A stretch of DNA of 61,251 nucleotides, filler included, from Kipferlia bialata (Eukaryota), in NCBI GenBank assembly GCA_003568945.1. It is 3 parts of 3 records of this genome, joined end to end, with 100 filler letters (N's around TTAATTAATTAA, not from the genome) between each part and the next. Parts side by side here need not be neighbours in the genome. Positions count along the whole stretch, not along the records: positions 45,763 to 61,251 come from BDIP01000329.1; 2 more parts are not named here. One strand, 5' to 3'. Under the pieces are notes generated by a model. The model did not search any database. It was not told the origin of the DNA and saw only the letters and a list, made by a program, of their open reading frames with translations. The position numbers and the translations under genes were made by a program. Position 1 is the first letter of the stretch, and each line of letters starts with the position of its first letter. This document shows, piece by piece, positions 54,101 to 61,251 of the stretch.

Positions 54101-57025
54101 AGTGTATATATATAGTGTATATATATGCATATACATGTATATGTGTACTAGTGTACCTCAGACCCACAATAGTATCTGCTGACACTGTATCTCCCACCAT
54201 CTGGGACACACAGACATATACACACAGACATACATATATATATATATGTAATTCCATATGTATATGTACACATATATATACCTGAGCCCGCTGAGTGTAT
54301 CTTCCGACACTGTGTCCCCCACCATCTGGGACACACACACACACACACATATATATATAGTGTATATATATGCATATATATGTATATGTGTACTAGTGTA
54401 CCTAAGCCCCAGAATGGTGTCCTGTGACACTGTATCTCCCACCATCTGGGACACACTGACATACATATATATATATATATCAATGCCTTATTATACATAT
54501 ATATACTGAATTACCTCAGCCCAAGGATAGTATCTCTAGACACCGTGTCCCCCACCATCTGTGACACACACACACAGGCAGTGCACATGTACTGGCACAG
54601 GAGGCTGGTATGAGGGGGGGAGAGGGGGAGAGAGAGAGAGAGAGAGAGAGAGATACAGGCAGTGCACATGTACTGGCACAGGAGACTGGGGTTGGCTATA
54701 CACTCATATATACATAGGGAGAGAGACAAAGATGAACACGCAGTGCGCATAGAACCATACCTACTCCCACTATGTTCCTTCCCATCTCTCTCCCCCTCTC
54801 TCTCCCCATCGCTGTCTCTAGCCAACAGAATCAAGGTACCGTCAGCGCCTGGTGTCAGATTAAGGCAGATATGCAATCATGTGTACCTCAACGAATATGA
54901 ATCTAGAGATACCATATCTCCATAGGAAAACTTGTGACAGCAATCAATATATATATGCCTCACCCTTGATCTTGTCCACCCCTGGGTATCTGTGCAACAG
55001 CTGGTCGAGACAGTGCATCACAGCAATGAGGTCCTGGGGTTAGTTATTGGCATGATACCCAGTACATATATGCGAATATATAGATAGAGAGAGAGAGAGA
55101 GAGAGAGATGTGCCAGATAGTAGAGTGTCTCATTATATACTATACAAATAAGAATTGTAGTATATATACATTTACCTACTAAGGATTGAGAATACAACAC
55201 ATATATCACGTATGTATGTAGTACACACATATAATAGCACATATATACCTTAACGTATTGTGCCGCTGGCACCGATGTCCCAGACAGCTTGACACTGAGG
55301 TGCCATATATATATATATGTATGTGTATGTATGCACACTTCTCCTATATATATCATATATATTATAGGATTTACTGTATATATAGTACATATTAAGAGTA
55401 CCTTGACATACTGTGCCGCTGGGACGGATGTCCCTGACAGCTTGACACTCAGGAACCCCACTGTGACACCAGTCTCGGTGGTGACCATGCCTATTATGAG
55501 TATATAGTATGTATATATTAATAACGATAGAGAGAGAGAGAGAGAGAGAGACTGAGGAATCCAACTGTGACACCAGTCTCAGTGGTGACCATGCCTATTA
55601 TGAGACATATATCCACACAATATCCACAATATATATTGATACACATATGAAGAGAGAGAGAAAGGAAGAGACTGTGATACCGGTCTCGGTGGTCACCATG
55701 CCGAGGGTGTGAGTAGGGTAGGTGTATAAATATGTGTGTGTATGTAGAGAGAGAGTGAGAGACAGTCGCATTAATCTCAGTGATGACCATGACTAGAGGG
55801 TGAGGGGAGTATACATATATATAGAGAGAGATAGTTTAGAGAGAGTCAGAGCAATACTTGCGGTGATGACCCTGCCTAGGGGTAAGTAAGGTAAGTAAAA
55901 ACAGCGAGAAACAGCGAGAAACAAATAGATGGATAAATAATGGCTATACAGTATGACAATACCACAATACCTGGTACACTTCTCTCTACTTCTCTCTGCC
56001 CCTCCCCCTCATTCTTCGGAGGTACACCCTCTCTCTGTTCTCCTGCATGACTCTGTGCCTCTGCATCTCCATCTCTCTCCCCCTCTGTCTCAGCCTGTGT
56101 GGCTGTCTCCAGCAGTGTCTGGGCAGAGGTGATGTGCAGGTGGGGCAGAGTGACATAGCTACTGTTAGACACTATATATGTATCATATATGTATGTACAT
56201 AACTGGTGTTATTGAGTTACTGGTGAGACTATACACACATATATATATGTGTGAATCGACAGGCCTATATATCCCTCACCTCTGCATGTCCTCGGGCAGA
56301 GGGATCCCTCTCTCCCTCTGTATATCTTCATACATGTATATATATATGATACATGAGTATATATATATATATATATCCCTCACCGCTGTGTGTCCTTGGG
56401 GAGTGAGCTCTGGAAGACCCGCAGCGCTGCCTGTCTGCTCCTGAGAGGGTTAGGTGAATAAGTATATTGATTGATTGGTAGATATATAGATAATGACCAC
56501 TGTATATGGTGGTTGATACTGGTACATATAGGCTGCCTGTCTGCTCCTGAGGGGTTAGGTGAATAAGTATGTATATTGATATATATTTGGTATTTATGTA
56601 TATATATAATATAGTGTGCCTGTCTGCTCCTGAGGGTTTAGGTGAATACATATAGTTACATATAAAGATGGAGTATGTATTTACATACTCACCTCAGGCA
56701 CTGGTTGCACTGTCTGTTGACACAACTCTCATTCACAACAAACATTTGTATAGTATACATATAACATATATATATATATAATGTTAGTATAGTAAATATA
56801 CTACACATATACATGGTACATTGATACAATATATATATGTGTTTGTTAGAGTACTCACTTTAAGCACTGGTTGGACTGTCTGATGACGTGGGTGATGTCG
56901 CCATGCATGAGGAGACTCCTGGGGATAAGAGCCGGTGTATATAGAAAACATACATATACACAAATAATTAGGGGGCAAGAACTATATATATATAAATATG
57001 ATGAGACCATACAATTATATATACT

Positions 57026-57065
<40 letters not shown>

Positions 57066-59094
57066 AGACTACTGGGGGAGAGCACGGCACCTTGAAGACA
57101 CATAGTAATATATATGTATATATATATATATAGTAATTGTGAATACACTCACATTCTGACCCCCAGGAGGCACAGCACCAGACGAGTACACATGTATAAT
57201 AGTAATATACTTGTCATATATATATTGAATTCAGTATATACAATGTATTCTGAATATGTGTTGACTCACATTCTGACCCCCAGGAGGCACAGCACCAAGA
57301 GAGTGCATCCAAAGGCCACGGAGGGGATGTCCTTATGAGTCCTGGGGGGTAAGGGATAGAAGTATTAATATAAATAGTATATATATATATATATTGAGAG
57401 AGAGAATGAGAGGGAGAGACTGGGGACATGATGTCCTTGTAGGGTTAGGTATCATCTACAGGCATATATATACATATCATCACAAATATGCATCATCTAC
57501 AGACAACACACTATATACACACATACCGGAAACTGAATGTGACAAAGTAAATGGCGTATGCCACCCCACCCTTGATAGGGTGTGGTACATAGATACATAT
57601 ATATATATACTCCACCATACGTATACTACATACTCATATACATTGTATATGTATATATATGGTAGTACTTACCAGAAGCTGAATGTGACCAAGTTGATTG
57701 CGTATGCCACCCCCACCCACACCCTTGATAGGGTGTGGTATCTGGGGGAGAGGGCATTGCGAGAGACGACTAGGGAGAACATGAACTGAGGGTAAGGGTG
57801 TGTAGATATAGATACAGATACAGATAGAATAATTCATGAAGTATAATCATGTGTCTATGTGCAATTGATATGTGTACATACATACCTGTGTGTTTCCTAT
57901 GAATGTCTCCCCCCCTGTGATGTCTATGTACCACAGCTGGGAGCACAGGGAGCCAAGGGTCAGGATGATGGAGACTATCCTGAGGGTGAGTATAGTACTA
58001 TGAACATGAAGATATATATATGTGTGAATGTTATATACTATATTATATAGCTGGGAGCAGAGACAACCAAGGGTCAGGATGATACTGACAGTCCTGTAAT
58101 TAAGTACTGGTATATACAGTATACATTGTATATATAGTATACATATGAATAATAGAGGCCAGGGAGCCAAGGGTCAGGATGATACTGACAATCCTGAAGG
58201 TGAGTACTAGGAAGAGAGAGGTATTAAGTATTAACAACATGGAGCTACATATACAGAATATCCACACACATAATACCTCTCTATATATCTATATAGACAG
58301 AAAAGATTCACCGACACAAACACTCACCATGACACCACCAAGTAATGCTGCCCGGCTGTGACACATGTACACACACTAAGAAGTGTATACTATATGATAT
58401 ATATATATATATGTATGTACATACCACGATACAACCAAGTACTGTTGCCTGGCCCTGACACACTATATACTACATGTACTATCTAGAATATTGTATGTAC
58501 TGATTCTCACACTTACCAAGATACACTCAAGTACTGCTCCCTGGCTGTGACACATGAACACACTAACAAGTGTATACTATACAATATATACATACCATGA
58601 CACTATCAAGTAGTGCTGCCTGGCCCTCACACATGAACAGAGGAAGGGGGGACAGTCACACTCAGTGCTATCACTCTCAGCACACTCCCTGCTCTCTCTC
58701 TCTCTCCCCTTGGCTGATGTGGTATGGTGACCACATACGCCTAGCCTAAGCCTGGGGTAAGTAAGGGGGGAGAGAGAGAGAGAGAGAACAGATGTGGTAT
58801 GGTGTCCGCATACACCTAGCCTAAGCCTGGGGTAAGTAAGGAGAGAGATATATCTACAAATATATGCACATATACACACCCATACTTCACACACTACACC
58901 AGTCATTGCTACTATTGCCATACGTTATAAATATATATATATACACCAGTCATTGCTACTATTACCATACGTTATACATATATATATATATATATATATA
59001 CATATATACATATGTATACACCTGTAGTAACAGCACAATCCGGACGCAACTAGCAATATCTGGTATCCCAGGACATGTATCTGGGCAGAGAGGT
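45853..59094 (-). CDS. Multi-pass membrane class III nucleotide (adenylate) cyclase: TM block - catalytic domain - long Ser-rich linker - second TM block; both ends incomplete
   Basis: Spliced catalytic motifs: TETGVTVGFLSVKL, YPGVDKIK|GADGTLILLA, GLR|GGVACGDVTAGVLGSTELMYDVFGNTVNTAAR|LMAKASVNEVLVSEQ (about 53330-55490). Hydrophobic exons lie at 57280-59090 and 46930-48670. A pre-catalytic helix is duplicated: LRVFQSSLP (56385-56441) and RRVFQRLVP (45853-45922). Confidence 0.8.
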
Positions 59095-59122
59095 CTGGGG
59101 GGTGAGTTGGAGAGAGAGGGGT

Positions 59123-59163
<41 letters not shown>

Positions 59164-59555
59164 CAGGACGTATATCTGGGCAGAGAGGTCTGGGATTGAG
59201 GCCTATGTATAGAGAGAGAGAGAGATATATAGTGATATAGAGAGGCGGAGAGGTTTGGGAGTAAGGATGAGAGAGTATATAATTGTAGAGAGGGGAGGGG
59301 TGGGATAGAGAGAGTGAGAGAGAGAGTAAGGTGGGGGGAGAGATATAGGCAGAGAGCGAAAGAGATGGAGGAGGGGGAGGGGGGGGGGGGGGGGGGGGTG
59401 GGGGGGGGGCGGGGGGGGGGGGTGGGGAAGGGGGTACTGCGATGACACTTACTGAGTGTTATGCTGTTATGAAACAGGGAGCGGGCTAGTGTAGCAGGTC
59501 ATATACTAAGATAGAAGTCCACTTGACTAGACATGACAATGAGTGAGGTAGTCAC

Positions 59556-59822
59556 CTTATCTTAATGTCCACCCCCTCATGGGGCAGGGGAGTCCCCGTC
59601 TCTAGACACACATCACCCCTCAGCACATCCTAGGATGAGGGAGGATATGGGGAGGGCAGGAGGTCAGAGTATGAGACAATCCAGTGCACTTGGGTCATAG
59701 AACTGAATGAAGTCATAGGTTATACATAGGATATGTATATACATACTGCCACTTACCCCCGTTGAGTATGTCTTGTCCTTCCTGGAGAAGTTGACTGATA
59801 CTTTCAGAGCAGGCACCGCCAT
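59556..59822 (-). CDS. VPS26C/DSCR3-like arrestin-fold protein, first two exons; the rest is missing after a poly-G tract
   Basis: MAVPALKVSVNFSRKDKTYSTG|DVLRGDVCLETGTPLPHEGVDIKIR resembles the VPS26-family N-terminus (..K.Y..GE.L.G.V.......HQGV). Confidence 0.6.
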
Positions 59823-60399
59823 GTCTAAGTAATATGTGTTGTCTCAATAGACCTCCACTCAATGAGAGCCAGTGCACGACAACAACGCGTACACCTGCTC
59901 AGATACCCTTGACCGGTGCTGACCTAGCCACTCTCACAGCGCAAGACGCAGTGGAATTACAGATGAGAGGCTCTCACACTCTATAGAGAATGAAGGAGAG
60001 TGACACTTCAAATGGAACAAACTGACCCCCTTTGACACTGTCATCATACACCGTATCTAAAGCAGTGACATGTGCCGGGTTTATTACTGGAAGCTGACCC
60101 ATAGCCTGCACTCAGTGCTTAGTGCCTTGATACCGTGATTCACATGGTGTGTGACCTGATTGGACACGTGTTTGGCAATCTGCGACAGGTGTCCTATCAT
60201 AGTACCTTCCTACAAGTTGCTAGGGTATGCGGCACACCTTGGGGACAGGCATGTGTAACACCCCAACAGCACACCGGATATGGATACATCAGAGGTCTTC
60301 CAACCACTGTGGACTGCCAGTACGGTTGGACGCATCAGTAGAGCCGCAACACTATAAATAATCTGCCGCGTTCTCCTATGCACCATGCGCCACTGCCCC

Positions 60400-61142
60400 T
60401 TAGCCCATGAATACCCTGCCCGATATGTCATCCACCAGCCAGTCCACAGCCTCCTCCAGACCCTTGCCAGTGATGGCAGAGACAGGGAAGATGGCCCAGT
60501 GTCTGGGGGGTGAGGGTGTGGGTGTGTGTATAATAGGTGCTTAGTATACACATGTATAGCCCTGATGTACCTGCTAGATATATCGTCCAGTGACAGTGTC
60601 TCCTTGATGCTGTCCATGGATAGGGCAGTCGGGATGTCCTGGGGTCAGGCAGTGAGAGAATCAATCAAGGTGGAGAGTGAGCCCCATGACGCACAACCTA
60701 AACCACATATGCGAGTAATGAGGGATCTGTTCAATACACAATTCTTCACCCCCACCTGCTTATTGGCCATGACTAGTAGTGTGGCCCCAGCCAGCCTCTC
60801 TGCATCTAGGAGGTCCCACAACTCCTTGGCACAGTCCTGACATGTTAGAGGGAAGAGCGAGAGAGGATACATACCAGAAAACCACCACAGCAACTCCCCC
60901 TCCATTGCTGACCCCACATGCCAAGCTCTCTCTCTATATATGTACATGAACACATTTCCCCCCACCCTGAGCCTGATTGGGTCTGCGCTGTCCACCACCC
61001 AGATGATGCCGTCCGTGGCCTCAAAGTAGTTCCTAACTATCAGTACCAGCATCAACAATACATTGTATACTGATGCTCATACCTCCAGTAGGCACGGATG
61101 GTCTTCTGGCCACCCACGTCCCACATGTTCAGCCGGTAGCCC
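60400..61142 (-). CDS. ARL2: ADP-ribosylation factor-like GTPase 2 (5' exons outside the window)
   Basis: [76 protein letters not shown]...|[33 protein letters not shown]. Confidence 0.92.
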
Positions 61143-61251
61143 CTGGGGTGGGAGAGAGTCATGTATAGGTATAGGTATAGGTATAGTTAATACACAAGGA
61201 GGAGAGAGATGGGGGGGGGGGGGGGGGGGGGGTTCACAAACAACCTTTCTC

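Noticed and set aside
59020..59630. VPS26C-like N-terminus fused to the adenylate cyclase
   Set aside because: Same pattern: a conserved gene is cut after two exons at a long poly-G tract, so this is probably a mis-join.

Overview
Intron-rich eukaryotic DNA. The ~55-70 nt GT-AG introns, branch point abutting the 3' splice site (CTCAC/CTAAC-CCCYAG) and (TA)n/(CT)n microsatellites suggest a free-living metamonad such as Kipferlia; this is inference, not verified. Two artificial N44-TTAATTAATTAA-N44 linkers (22818-22917, 45663-45762) split the window into three pieces. Piece 1 has a long E/Q/R/A coiled-coil gene that splices in frame into a Cys/Asp-rich protein of carboxypeptidase-regulatory-like repeats, a gene with three CCCH zinc fingers plus a DUF4240-like domain, the 5' half of an RRP3/DDX47 helicase, and a hypothetical gene. 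Piece 2 has an Mx-like dynamin GTPase (5' part), Maf1 with a Q/P/Y-rich N-terminus, a ~13 kb RNF213-like AAA+ gene with a variant RZ finger, a pair of orphan paralogues and a kelch-like gene. Piece 3 has a multi-pass adenylate cyclase whose first catalytic domain is C2-like, the start of a VPS26C-like gene, and ARL2. The most striking signal is dozens of truncated exon 'echoes' inside introns. They keep one splice site, follow a consistent polarity, and often differ from the real exon almost only at synonymous positions. All gene models and family calls are by eye, without database searches.
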